Shown here one piece after another: positions 25,646 to 38,590 of a stretch of DNA of 64,000 bases. The notes beneath the pieces are model-generated. The model was given only the letters and a program-made list of their open reading frames with translations, was not told where the DNA came from and did not search any database. The DNA is taken from positions 13,306,035 through 13,370,034 of the forward strand of contig NC_081369.1 in NCBI RefSeq assembly GCF_030684315.1, in the 5' to 3' direction. The stretch comes from Stegostoma tigrinum (Eukaryota). Position numbers and translations under genes: made by a program. How positions within the stretch are numbered: position 1 is the first letter of the stretch; the number at the start of each line of letters is the position of its first letter.

Positions 25646-26804
25646 TGCAGTAATGAGGGAATACTTCATGGAAGGGTCTTCAAATGAGACCTTGAGGGCA
25701 AAGCTTAGAAATAAAAAAAGGGGTTATTACCTTGCTGGAATTATGCTAGAGGCCTCAAAGTAGTCAGAGGGAAATAGAGGAGCAGATATGTAGCAAATCA
25801 TAGAAAGTTGTGAGAGAACAGTGTTACAGTTGTCGGGACTTCAGTGTTTCTAATGTTAATTGTAATTGCCTCGTGTGAAAAGATCAGATGGGGTGGGTTT
25901 TTTTTTTAAATGCAAGAGACCTTTTTGTGCCAGGATGCAGTTGGTCCTACCAGAAATGTAGTGCTAGACTTACTCCTAGGGAATGAAGCTGGTCGAGTGG
26001 TTGAAATTCCAGTGGGCAAGCATTTGGTGTCTAAATTAAGGGAAGACAGATTTGAGTATCATTAGACAGGGTCTGCCAGAGACTTGGAGTAGCCTATTCA
26101 CAGTTAAGTCTACATTTGGAAGGTGGGAGTCTTTTAAAAATAGTATTCAGGGCCACTGTATTCATTTTAGAGTGAAGGGCAAAAGCAGCAGGTCCACGGA
26201 ATCCTGGATTTAAAGAGACATTGAGAATTTTGTAAAGGAAGAAAAGATGCATTTGTCAAATGCCGTGCATTGAAAACAGGGGGAGGCCCTTCAAAAGTAT
26301 AGAGTGTGTGTAGGGGTTTGTTTGAAAAGGAAATGAGGAGGGTATAAAGGGGTCATGGAATATCTTCGGCAGATGAGATCAAGAAAAACACCAAGGCTTT
26401 TTATTTGTTGAGAGTAAGAGAATTACCAGAGAAACAGTGATGTCTAATTGAGACTAAAGGGACAACCAATAGATGTAGGTGAAGTCTTAATTGAATACTT
26501 CTCATCTGTATTCACAAAGGAGAAAGATATTATATTAGGGAATTTCAGGTTGGAATGGTGAGGTTCTGACGCATGTTAAGATTGATAAGGAGGAGATATT
26601 AGACTTTTTAATAGGCCTACAGGTGCATAGATCCCTGATGAGATGTACCCAGGCTGTTGTTGGAGGCAAGGGAGGAGATTGCTGGGTTCCTGGGAGAGAG
26701 ATTTAATAACTTGCTGGCCATAGGTGAAGTGCCAGATAACTGGAGGATAACTAATCAGGTTCATTTTGTTCAGGAAGGGCAGTAGAGATAGGCCTGGTAA
26801 TTAC

Positions 26805-27937
26805 CATAAGACATAGGAGTGGAAATAAGGCCATTCGGCCCATCAAGTCCACTCCGCCATTTAAATCACGGCTGATGGGCATTTCAATTCCACTTCCCTG
26901 CACTCTCCCCATAGCCCTTGATTCCTTGTGAGATCAAGAATTTGCCGATCTCTGCCTTGAAGGCATCCAACGTCCTGGCCTCCACTGCACTCCATGGCAA
27001 TGAATTCCACAAACCCACCACTCTCTGGCTGAAGAAATGTCGTCTCATTTCTGTTTTAAATTTACCCCCTCCAATTTTAAGGCTGTGCCCACGGGTCCTA
27101 GTCTCCCCGCCCAACGGAAACAACTTTCTAGTGTCCACCCCTTCTAAACCATACATTATCTTGTAAATTTCTATTAGATCTCCCCTCAACCTTCTGAACT
27201 CTAATGAGTACAATCCCAGGATCCCTAGCCGTTCATCATACGTTAAACCTACCATTCCAGGGATCATCCGTGTGAATCTCCGCTGGACACGCTCCAGGGC
27301 TAGTATGTCCTTCCTGAAGTGTGGGGCCCAAAATTGGACCAGTGTTCTAAATGGGGCCTAACTAGAGCTTTATAAAGCCTCAGAAACACATCACTGCTTT
27401 TATATTCCAACCCTCTTGAGATAAACGATAACATTACATTCGCTTTCTTAATTACGGACTCTACCTGCAAGGTAACCTTTAGAGAATCCTGGACCAACAC
27501 TCCCAGATCCTTTTGTACTTCTGCTTTACGAATTTTCTCACCATTTAGAAAATAGTCCATGCCTGTATTCTTTTTTCCAAAGTGCAAAACCTCACATTTA
27601 CTCACATTGAATTTCATCAGCCATTTCCTGGACCACTCTCCTAAACTGTCTAGATCTTTCTGCAGCTTCCCCACCTCCTCAGTACTACCTGCCTGTCCAC
27701 CTATCTTCGTATCATTGGCAAACTTTGCCAGAATGCCCCCAGTCCCTTCATCCAGATCATTAATATACAACGTGAACAGCTGCGGCTCCAACACTGAACC
27801 CTGCGGGACACCACTCGTCACCGGTTGCCATTCCGAAAAAGAGCCTTTTATCCCAACTCTCTGCCTTCTGTCAGACAGCCAATCCTCAATCCAAGCCAGT
27901 AGCTCACCTCAAACACCATGGGCCCTCACCTTACTCA
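26805..27937 (-). mobile_element. Young CR1 LINE 3' portion nested in the older CR1
   Basis: Near-intact ORFs 27300-27821 (VPQGSVLEPQLF..KFANDTK) and 26884-27267. Confidence 0.92.
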
Positions 27938-28807
27938 ATTACAGATCATTTAATCTGACATAACCTGGAGGGAAATTATTGGCAAAACTCAAAAGAATGG
28001 GATGAATCAATATTGGAATGGGAAGGATTAATCAGGAATAGTCAGCATGGATTTGTTAGAGGGAGATCCATTCTGACTTATTTAGGTTTTTTGAAAAGTG
28101 ACTGAACATATTGATCAAGGTGGTGCAGTTGATGTGGTTTAAATGGGCTTCAGTAAGACCTTTGACAAGTTCCCACATGAAAGGCTGGTCCAGAAGTAAA
28201 ATCCCCTGGGATCTAAGGTATGTTGACAAACTGCATCCAAAATTGGCTTAACAAAAGGAGGCAAAGGTGATGATGGAGGCTTGATTTTATGATTAGATGA
28301 CTAACATTGTGCCACAGGGTTCGGTACTGGAACCATCGCTGTTTGTTATTTACATTAATGACTTGGATGTGAATGGTGAAGGTATACTTGGTAAGCTTGC
28401 ACATGACATGAGAATTAGGGATGTTATTAATCAAGAGAAGGATGGTTTCAGGCTACGCTCTGATATTGATGAGCTGGTAAATTGGGCAGAACAATGGCAG
28501 ATTAAGTTTAATTCCGATAGGTGCAAGGTGATTCGTTTTTGGAGGTCGAATAAGGGAAAGACATATACATTGAATGGTAGGTCCTAGGGAGTAGATCCCT
28601 GAAGTTGTCAGCACAGGTAGACAGGGTGATGAAGAATCCATATGGAATGCTTTCGTTTATTAGCTACGACATAGAATATAGGAGCAAGGAAATCTTGTTA
28701 CAATTTTCTAAAATATTGGTTAGGTCACAGATGGAATACTGTGTGCACTTCTGATTGCAACACTATCAGAAGGACGTGATCGCACTTGAGAAGATGCAGA
28801 GGACATT

Positions 28808-29060
28808 TAGATTAGATTAGATTCCCCACAGTGTGGAAACAGGCCCTTCGGCCCAACAAGTCCACACCGCCGCTTGAAGCATCCCACCCAGATCTGCACA
28901 ACTTTGGACTGTGCAGGAAACCGGAGCACTCGGAGGAAACCCACGCAGACACAGGGAGAATGTGCAAACTCCACACAGATAGTCGCCCGAGGCTGGAATC
29001 GAACTCGGATCCCTGGCACTGTGAGGCTGCAGTGCTAACCACCAAGCCACTGCGCCGCCC
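28808..29060 (-). mobile_element. HE1-like SINE
   Basis: tRNA head GGCGGCGCAGTGGCTTGGTGGTTAGCACTGC, central core and (AATCT)n tail. Confidence 0.9.
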
Positions 29061-29509
29061 TGAAGAATAAAAGAAATTACCTGAATGTTACTTGGGATGA
29101 AAAGTCTCAGTTATGAGGAGAAGCTTGGTTTATTTTCCTTGGAGCAGAGGAGACTGAGGGGGCATCTGATTGAGGTATACTAAATTACAGAGTTGATCGT
29201 AAGAGTCTCTTTCCCATGGCAGTCGTGTCTAAGACCAGAAGGTGTAAGTTTAGGTGAGGGCCAAGTGGTTTCGGGAGGATTTGAGAGAATTTTTCACCCA
29301 ATTAGTGGTAGACGCATGAAATGTGCTGCCTGAGAGGCTAGTAGAAGCATACTTATGCAACACTAAGAAGCATCTAAATGGATACATAAAATGCCAGGGC
29401 ATAGTATAGGCTGTGGACCAAGTGCAGGTAAAGAATTTGGGTTTGATGTAGTTTGACATAGATATGGTGGGCCAAAGGGCCTATTTCTATGCTCAGTGAC
29501 TCTGTGACG

Positions 29510-29860
29510 TCCAGGAAAAATGCCAGGAACTAAACTAAACTGTCTACATAGCCTTCATCAATCTGTAGAAGGTCTTCAGTTCAGCCGATCGTAAAGTTCT
29601 CCGGGAACAATATCCATGGACATACATCAAGGCTGTGCAGCTTTTTCGTATGAAATGACTGCCCTGGTTCTCTGTGGCTGAGTGGAATCTGATGCCTTTC
29701 CCATCAGAAGTAGCATCAAGCGAGGATGTGTGTTTGTACCCACCTGTTTCTTCAGCTTCTTAGTGACCATCCCCACCTTGTCACCAAGGAAACTCAAACT
29801 TGATGGGATTGTTCTCAAGCTGTCAAAGGCTGAAAGTGAAGATGGAAATCTTGCTCGCAA
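29510..29860 (+). mobile_element. RTE-clade LINE RT fragment, continuation
   Basis: QEKCQE..YIAFINL*KVF and FPIRSSIKRGCVFVP (GVKQGC motif). Confidence 0.7.
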
Positions 29861-30863
29861 AGCCCTCCAGCATGCAGTTTGCTGTTATAGCGTAATGTGC
29901 ACAGAAGAGAGCTGGAGATGTGATTTACTGCCCTCTAGTGGAGATAGAGGCATACACATCTCACTATGATACTGAAGGGTGTTTCCAACTGAGGAGTGAA
30001 ATTAACCACAGATAATCATCTAACTCCTACAACATGTGAGCACAAAAGACACCGTGGCTGATGTTCGGAATGAGCCATGATCAAGCCAGCATAGTAATCA
30101 GAATGCCAGATGCAAAAAAAAACTTATAAAAACACATGAAGAAGGAGAAATGGAGCAAAACTAAAACCTCAGGACAAAGCATTTATCTGGGAAATTGTTA
30201 ACTGTTCAAACTATTTCTGATGGAGCTGTTGAACTGTGTTTGGTTTTGTGCTGTTGGTGTGTGGGCACTTACATTCTTTTGAGGAGGGCGATGTATAGTT
30301 GAATTTGTAGTTCTGAATTCAGTGAAGGTAGGACTATTCTACCTGATCTGCATGTTGGTCTGATCGACAGCTGCAGTGTAGCATTAAAATGGGCATAATG
30401 AGAACCAGAGTAAAAGTTGTTTCTTAAAAATCGACCCATATATTGCACCAGATAAAGCGATAGATGGTGTTTATGACCAGGCTTAAGAACAGATGCCCTC
30501 AAAGTTTTCAGTGGCTGTGAAGTACAGGCCTTCTCTTCTGCTGCTTGTATGAATTTGGTATTTTCTGTAAGGGTCTGTGATATCCAGCATCCAGTCAAAT
30601 TGAAGAATCCTCATGAATTGTAAATGGTAAAGCTAAAGAAATAGAAATAGAATTACATTTATCTTTTACAATATGAAGATTATAACATACACACAGGATT
30701 AAGGGAGAAATTTTGAAAAAACAATATTTCTTTTTCCTAAGAATTCACAACAATTAATCTAGGGGAATGAAATATCACACTTATTAATTTTTAAGTTCCA
30801 GTGAGTTTCAGCACTTAATGAATTACAGTGAATTATTTAAGTTGTAATTGCTCCTGATTAAAC

Positions 30864-31067
30864 AAAATCAGAAGTCACATGACACCAGGTTATAATCCTA
30901 CTGGTTTATTTGAAATCAAAAGCTTGAGAGCGTAGTCCTTTTGTCAGGTGACGCTGCATTCCAAAAGCTTGTGATTTCAAATCCACCTGTTGGACTATAA
31001 CCTGGTGTTATGTGACTTCTGACTTTGTACCCCCAACCGCCCCCAGTCCAACACTGGCACCTCCACA
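30864..31067. repeat. Inverted-repeat insertion of a third, probably Penelope-type family
   Basis: The arms tcagaagtcacatgacaccaggttata.. and ..tataacctggtgttatgtgacttctga are inverted, with a one-sided extension. The flanking duplication is tcct(g/a)att(a/g)aacaa. Confidence 0.65.
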
Positions 31068-32501
31068 TCCTAATTGAACAAGACTTCAATGTTTCATTGG
31101 TTTTTAATACAATACTAGTGGGTCATTAGTTTATGTTCACACCTTAACAGGGACTTCTATAGTAATGCTTTTGAGAAAAAAACGCAACAACAGGCTTTGG
31201 AGGGGCAAGTTATCACTGACAACAGCTTTCGGGTTTCTGCATTTAGCTGCACATATGCAGACAACAGAAGTGGCTGTTAGTTTTACACAGCACGAACAAG
31301 ATTAAATGCTTCATAAAGACTGAAAGAAATGAGGATGCTTAAAATAAGAAACAAAAGCAGAATTTTCCAGAAAAGTTCAGTAGTTCTGGAAGCACTTGTG
31401 GAGAGAAATCAGAGGTTAAGGTTTCGGGTCCAGTGACCCTTCCTCAGAACTCAGATTAGATGCTTAATTCTGGTACAAGCTGTTGTAACATTCTGATGCA
31501 AACTGATCTAATTCATTAATAAAAACAGAAAATACTGGAGAATACCAACATCTGCATGTTTTGTTTTTATTTAACTCACCATTAACTCTTTTTTTCCACA
31601 AATGCTTTTTTGCCCCTGTAATTATATTAAATATAACCATATGTGGACATTATAAAATAATAAATTTCCAACTACAAAATTGTCACATTATAATACAACC
31701 GCTCTGACTTGGGGAGATCACACACGGGAATTTTTGGTGATGTTGAGTCTTAATCTTTAAAGGAATAGATTGAACTGAAATTGGCCAATGTGTTTAATTC
31801 CCTGAATGTGCGTTACCAAGGATGGAACCTTGTTCTTCAGGCTCACATTCAGAAAATCTGTCTCCATTCCTCACAGTTCCCTATTGATGAACTTTAATAG
31901 TCAGAAGATCATGGGGACCACATCTCTGGTTCCCATTAGACAATCACAGAGGGCAAGGTTTCAACCGAGCAACAAACATTCACAATGTCATTGACAGAAT
32001 AACTATGTCACATGAGTATAAATAAAGTTACACAGCTGACTTTTTTGGCTTTGAGTTATTTGTGTTACTGATTACATTTCATTTATTTCGGATCAGATTC
32101 AACAATGCATAAGCTCATGGAACAGTCACAAGATTAACGAGTACGGTTCAGGACAGCTTGCAAGTAGATTGCAAAACGGCTGATAGAGTCTAACAGCGTG
32201 CAAATCCCTGCCAGCTAGACATGTAGAGAACCCGTCGATTGAATTAATACCTGCCAACTGTTCACTTGTTCCTAGTGCAGTGTTGCTTGGTGCTGGCTGT
32301 TTTAGACTGAATGAAATTGCCCATGCACACTTTCTTACTCTGTGGGAAATCTTCTCTCGTAAAATGAAAGATTCAGACATGGTTCAGAAACAGTTCTGCA
32401 GTAACTAATGTTCTTGTTGCCATAAGGTACTCCTGTGCGCCACTGTCACCTCCCAGAGAGTCAAGTTTGTGTTGAACGAGCAGGAAAACCAAACTAAATG
32501 A

Positions 32502-32638
32502 ATGGAAATCCCTGAGGAGATCTTGGCCTTGATATTTTCCTACCTGTTGGTGTGTGAAAGGCACTCAGTCTCACAAGTCTGCAGAAAATGGGCAGAGGCT
32601 GTTGCTTCTCCTGCTGTGTGGTATTACACTGTAGTGAG
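32502..32638 (+). CDS. FBXL8: FBXL8 coding exon 1 (F-box); exon begins at 32427
   Basis: Missed by the ORF track. Translates MEIPEEILALIFSYLLVCERHSVSQVCRKWAEAVASPAVWYYTVV, an F-box resembling human LPEEVLALIF..VCRAW..SAVW. Acceptor cataag| with branch ctaat; donor AG|GTGAGT, phase 2. Confidence 0.93.
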
Positions 32639-33399
32639 GTGAGTGGATATTCTGCGGCATTTATCTGTCTGATGAGTAGTAGCCATTGCATATAGTCCCT
32701 TTTGCAAATAATCCTTTAAATACTGGGCTTGAAATGTTACAATATTGCCCGCCCTGAATAAATGAAACAAAATCGGAAGTTGCTGGGAAAGCTCAGCAAG
32801 TCTGGCAGCGCCTGTGAAGAAAAATCAGAGTTAACTTTTCGGGTCCGGTGACCCTTCTTCAGAATTTGATGAATAAACAAAACGTTTTTATCGGTTTTGT
32901 TTTGAATGTTTCATTCAAGTTGAGTAATGTATTTGCTGGGGCATGGACTTGCTGGTGGTTCGTGGGCCCCTCATCCAATCATATAGTTGTTCTGGCTGGT
33001 TATATATAGTCATTTTCTATAAATGGATAGAAAATGTAAAGATGGAATAAAGAAGGAAGTTATTCAGCCTGTTGTATTTGTGCCAACTCTTGATAAAAAC
33101 TGCCCGATTTCCTGTTCCTTCCCCATAGACCTTAAATTTAAATATGTTTCCTGTTACCTTTGAAAGTGACGATTGATTCTGCCTACACCACCCTTTTAGA
33201 CAGAGCATTCCAGACCAGAACAGGTTTTGTTGTGATCTTGGAAACTTTAGAATTGGATGAGTGGAGATGGGTGGAATCAAGCTGCTTTTTCGGATGGTGT
33301 GTGTACACCTGTGTTGAATGCAGTACGATGAAGATTCAGTAGCTTGGTTCCCCAAGTGAGAGGATTGTTTTATTAAAGACTGTGGAAATTGTGTCTATG

Positions 33400-33775
33400 T
33401 TCTCACATTTACAAGAATGAGAGATGATCCATTGAATCATACGAAATTCTGAAGGCGTTTCACAGAGTAGGCACTGACAAACTGTGTCCACCGACTGGGG
33501 AATGGTAACGCAGCCTCAGGATGAGTAGTCAATCATTTGAATCTGAGATGAGGAAAGATTTCTTCACTCAGTCACTGGAATTCTCTATTTCGGGAGGTTG
33601 TGGATGACTATATTTAAGAGCGGGATAGACAGAATTTTAATTTCTCAGAAGAATCAAAGGAAATGGAGAGGTGGTGGGAGTTGATGCCTAAGGTGAATCA
33701 TTGTCATAATGAAAGGCATAGCAGGTTTATTGGGTTATACACTCTATTCCTGCTCCTGTTTCTTGTGTTTTTGTG
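33400..33775 (+). mobile_element. Old CR1 3' fragment
   Basis: gaatgagagatgatccattgaatcatac..gagatgaggaaagatttcttcactcag..ctattcctgctcct. Confidence 0.65.
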
Positions 33776-35397
33776 CCACTTCATTGGAGGGGAGGCCTCT
33801 TCACATGGCGGCTGAACGCTGCAACAGTGGTCCACTGATAGCTGCTGCTCAGGTTGGACGGGGTTTGGTGATGGACGCCTAACAGCCCCAGGCCACATTG
33901 TTGGCGAACAGCTTTCAGGCTTCTAGCAGTTTTTGTTGTCAGCGATGGACACATCTGCCACAAGGCGTATCCCAGTGGTGACGCCGAAATGTCCCTGCAA
34001 GTGGGCTCTGAAGGCTACCCACTGCTGTCAGATGGGTAGCTTCTGCAGGTGCTGAACCACCTCTGGGATGATCTGACCTTAACCTGACATCTCAGTCTCA
34101 CCTTGAAACCCGACCGCAGCATCAGGAAGTTTTCACCCAAGACACCGCCGATTAAAAAGCAGCATTTTCGCTGAGACTGCAGCCGACTGACAGTGAACTC
34201 CTGTGGCTATATATTGTGATTAGGCATAGTCTGGCTTGGCAGTGAGACTGTTACCACTGAGCCATGGCATCTTGAGGCAGCCCTCGGCACCAAACGCCTT
34301 GCGCAGCAGAACATCACAGAGGTAGCATTTTCAAATCCCCCTGAACCTCAGTGGATTTCATTGCTCGACAGTGCAAATGTTAGTTTTGATGTTTTGATTG
34401 GAACTAGCATTAGGAGTTACTGCTTGCACCCTGTGTCCCATTCACACCTGCAAATTAACGCACAGCCCATGGCCGGGGCAGCCTTACAGTGAATACACGT
34501 TTTTGAAGGGAGCTCTTACCTCGGAAAGATGCATGCGATGTGTACACTGTGACCTAGTCCCAGTGCTCAGTCTAGAATATTCAGTTTGAGCTTTCTAGCC
34601 TCATGGACCTGGAACCGCCACACCTTAAACCCAACAGGCGTTGCTGAGCTTAAAAACGTTCTTATAAAAATATTTTTTCAGATTTGCTGTGTGAAGGGGA
34701 GTGGTAGCCAAATGAGTGTGATGTGCACATCATATGGAGCTTGTTAGATTAAAAGGTACACAATTGAAGAAGGTGTAAGATCCCCGAAATAAATCAGGGA
34801 AGTTGTAGTTTGGTTGCAATGCTGCTTCAGTTATGTATGGGGCATTAAAGCAGAGTGACTATTTCGCCAAATGAAGTGATTGACATGATCTTACCTCCAG
34901 GGAGTATCTTAAGAATGCTGCAAAGGAAGGACAGTTTCACTGATTGCACTCTGCTTTTTGCAGTTCATCCATAAAAGCGTGCACAGGGTCTGTTTAGCAA
35001 ATGATCAGTTTAAGAATAGATTTGCAAATTTGAAAGTTAAAAATGTCGATGAATGTTTGAGCAAGCAGCAGAAGCACAGCTTGAGAGCTCCAGTTGGAGG
35101 TTTTACAAGTTCCACATTATTTATCACTCCTAAATGGAAATATGTTAAGTGTAGTGAGGAAATACAAAGTCTATAAAGTTTTAAAGGAGACAAATGGCAT
35201 TCGTATAAATAGTAGTTCAGAAATAGGAGGGATCAGACAGGACAGAAATGCAGAGCAGATAAAGACATGTTTGGACAGCATGCAAATAAGGCTGGTGAGC
35301 CACCAGTGCAGTTACACGTGGGACTATCACACAAGGTAAAAAGTCATCATAGCCCCAGAAGATCTCTCCACTTGGGAGAGATGACTGGTGATGAGTT

Positions 35398-35915
35398 TAG
35401 AACATAGAACAATACAGCACAGAACAGGCCCTTCAGCCCTCGATGTTGCGCTGAACCGTGAACTAATCTAAGCCCCTCCCCCTACACTATCCCATCATTA
35501 TCCATATGCTTATCCAAGGACTATTTAAATGCCCCTAACGTGGCTAAGTTAACTGCATTGGTAGGCAGGACATTCCATGCCCTTACCACTCTCTAAGTAA
35601 AGAACCTGCCTTTGACATCTGTCTTACAACTATCACCCCTCAATTTGCAGCTATGCCCCCTCTTACAAGCCGATGTCATCATCAGAGGAAAAAGACTCTC
35701 GCTGTCTACCCTATCTAATCCTCTGATCATCTTGTATGTCTCTATTAAATCCCCTCTTAGCCTTCTTCTCTCCAATGAGAACAGACCCAAGTCCCTCAGA
35801 ACTTTCTTCATAAGACGTTCGCTCCAGACCAGGCAACATCCTGGTAAATCTCCTCTGCACCTTTTCCAATGCTTTCACATCCTGCCTGTAATGGGGTGAC
35901 CAGAACTGTACGCCA
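35398..35915 (-). mobile_element. CR1 3' fragment
   Basis: ORF LGLFSLERRRLRGDLIETYKMIRGLDRVD, with a gttctat tail. Confidence 0.88.
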
Positions 35916-35989
35916 TACGTTTAGCCTGAGGGTTTCCGTGCTTCAGGCAAGATACAAGGTTGAAAAGGTGGGACTGTTAAAGTAATGAT

Positions 35990-38160
35990 TGATGTTTTGG
36001 AGGGTTCAGTGTCAAATCTATTTGGTTAGAGTTAAAGGACCAACAAGGCGGTTCCCCTCCAGTTGAGTCTATACTGTGGGCTGCTGAGTAGTGGGAAGGA
36101 GATATTGGAGCAAACCTGAAGATAAATTGCAGAAAGTTTCAAGATGTTTAGCATGGTGTTAACAAAAGACTTTAATCATCCAAAAATGAACTGAGTTCGG
36201 GGAAAAGAGTGAAAGGAATTCTTGTAATGTGTACAAGACAATTTTTTTGATCGATTGGAGTGAAAGCAATGCTGGCTGCAGCTATGGGGAATGAAGTAGG
36301 TCAAGTCATGCATGTTTCAGTGGACAAGCATTTAGGAAGCAGTGGTCACAATATCATTACATCTTGAATAGCTACAAATAAGGACGAGGAAGAACCTCAT
36401 GTGAAAGTACTCAGTTGATGGAGGGCTAATATTGATTTGAAGAAAGATCTGAATCAAGTGGATTGGAAACAAAGGACTGTAACAAAAAACAAAAATAGTA
36501 AAAGAGCAGTGGTAAATCTTCAAAGTGGTAATCACTCAGGTACAGACTAAATATATTCCTGTAAGGGACTAAAGGAAAGGCATCCAATGCTAGAGCTCTG
36601 TGCCAACTGAAAGTAAGGTACTTAAACTGAAACTGATAAAGGAAGCTTCTAATAGTATCTCACCATTTGTATCTACATTCACGAAAGAAGTTACAGTTGA
36701 GAATCCCCTAAAGGAGAGGTTGATAGAGAAATCTGGAGAAGATAAAAACAGATAAAGAGGAAGTACTTAAAAGATTGGCAGTGCTGATAGAAAAATCCCC
36801 AGAAAAGATAGGAAACACCTAGCTTACTGAAGGAAGTGAGGGTGGGAATTGCATAGGCTCTGGCCCCTTTAGATATGGGCTACTAAAAGACTTGAGGATT
36901 GCAAATGCTAGACCTCTGTTCAAAAGACAAGAGAAAAATGAGCCCAGCAAATACAGGCCAAACAAACTAATGCCATAGTGGGGAAGCTTTCACAGGTAAT
37001 AATCCAGGATTCAGAAGTGGCCCTTGGAAAATAGAGACAATAGAAAATGAAAATCAGCACAGACTTTTAAGAAGCACATTGTGTTTGATTGTTGTGCTTT
37101 ATATGATAAGCAACAGAGAATGTTGATGATAGAGTTGCAGCTGACATTATATGTATGAATTTTCAAAAGGACGATTATTAAAATATTACATAACAAAAGT
37201 TTTAGCAAAATTGAAATATATGTGATTACAAGAGCAGTAGTTGAGGTAGATACAAAATTGACTAAGAAACAGAAAGAACAAAGAACTGTCATGTCAGTTA
37301 CTTGAAGGGAAATGTACCATAGTGTTCCCCCAGGGATCAGCATTTCTCTAAACCTGGGGACATTGGATATCTTTTCAAAGTTTACAGATGATGCAAAACT
37401 TCAAAATGTAGTAAGAAGTGAGATGGATAGTGACACACTTTACATAGGACACAGACTGGTGGCAGATGAAATTTAATACAGAGAATTATGAAGTGATATA
37501 GGAAAGAACAAGGAATTGGTACAGTTTAAAGAAGCTGTAAGAACAAAGGGGCCTGTTGGTGGTATGAACACAGACCTTTGAAAGTGGCTATACAGATTGA
37601 GAAGGCATACAGCACCATTGACTTTATAAGTAGAGGACTGGAATGGAAGTGTAACAATTTAGGCAAAACATTTGCAATAATGCTAAACTGCAGCTGGAAT
37701 GCTCTGTTCAATACTGTTCGGCACACTTCAGAAAGTGTGCCGAACAGATAAATCTTGGAGGGCTAGCAGTAGAGAATCACTAGAATGCTATCAGGAATTT
37801 GGGACTTCAGTAGAAACTTAATGTTATCTTTTGAGCAGTGAAGGCTGAGGGAAAGTTTGACAGAGATGTTCAAAATCATGAACAATTTTGATAAAGTAAA
37901 TTTGAAGAAACCACTTCCAGTGGGAGAAGGATCAGCAACCAAAGAAACAAATTTAAGAAGTGACTTCAAAAGAAAAATATTACGCTGCAGATTTTGAATT
38001 CACAGTCTGAGTGGATGATGGAGACAAGTTGTATTGTAATGTTCAAAAGGAAGAAATGGATAATGTTAAGGAACCAGGAGAGAGTAGCCATTTGAACAGC
38101 TCTTTCAGGGTCCAGCACAGGTATGCTGAGTTGAATGGCCTGTTTGCATGCTGTATCATT
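35990..38160 (+). mobile_element. Heavily decayed CR1 LINE
   Basis: Recognisable remnants in order: EN region, YRP, vPQGS, KFTDDAK, LRESLTEMFKIM and the 3' tail. Confidence 0.7.
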
Positions 38161-38590
38161 CTAGATCATATCTACCCATTCAAGGTACTCGTGATTATTG
38201 TGTTTAATTCTGTGCTTTTTGTTGACAGTCCAGAGGGACCAGTTGCTGTATTCATCAGGTAAAGTGAAGTGTGTTTCTGTGGCTCCATTTAATCCTTTTT
38301 TACTCCATATTCATATATAACAAACTGGATCAGTGCTTGTGCATGATCCTGAAATGACATTGCTGTCTGTCTACAACCACATTTTTGAGATGATTAAATC
38401 CTTACTAAGCTTCGATTTGATCCATGTTCACGGCAGTCAACGTGACAGCAACCAACAAATGTGCATAGTCTTAGGCTGATGTAGTCCAGGCTTACAGCAG
38501 GATGAAGTTTAATTCACGATGTTGTCTCTGAATTGTGCCTTGTTCACATGGTATCTTTGTACTGACTGTTTGCTGTACTTTTGCTGTCAG

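Larger units (their letters stand above)
25650..29505 (+). mobile_element. Long decayed CR1 LINE (endonuclease to 3' end) with nested insertions
   Basis: EN-like region, then QHGF, KTFDKFPH, VPQGSVLEPSLFVIYINDLD, EQWQIKFN and the 3' tail gggccaaagggcctatttct. Confidence 0.85.

Noticed and set aside
33780-34330. GC/CpG-richer patch in FBXL8 intron 2
   Set aside because: No consistent frame, splice pair or motif was recognised. It is probably an unidentified repeat.
38535-38590. N-terminus of the 344-aa ORF (MPCSHGIF...)
   Set aside because: It starts at GTG in intronic polypyrimidine sequence. The real exon starts at 38591, after the acceptor.
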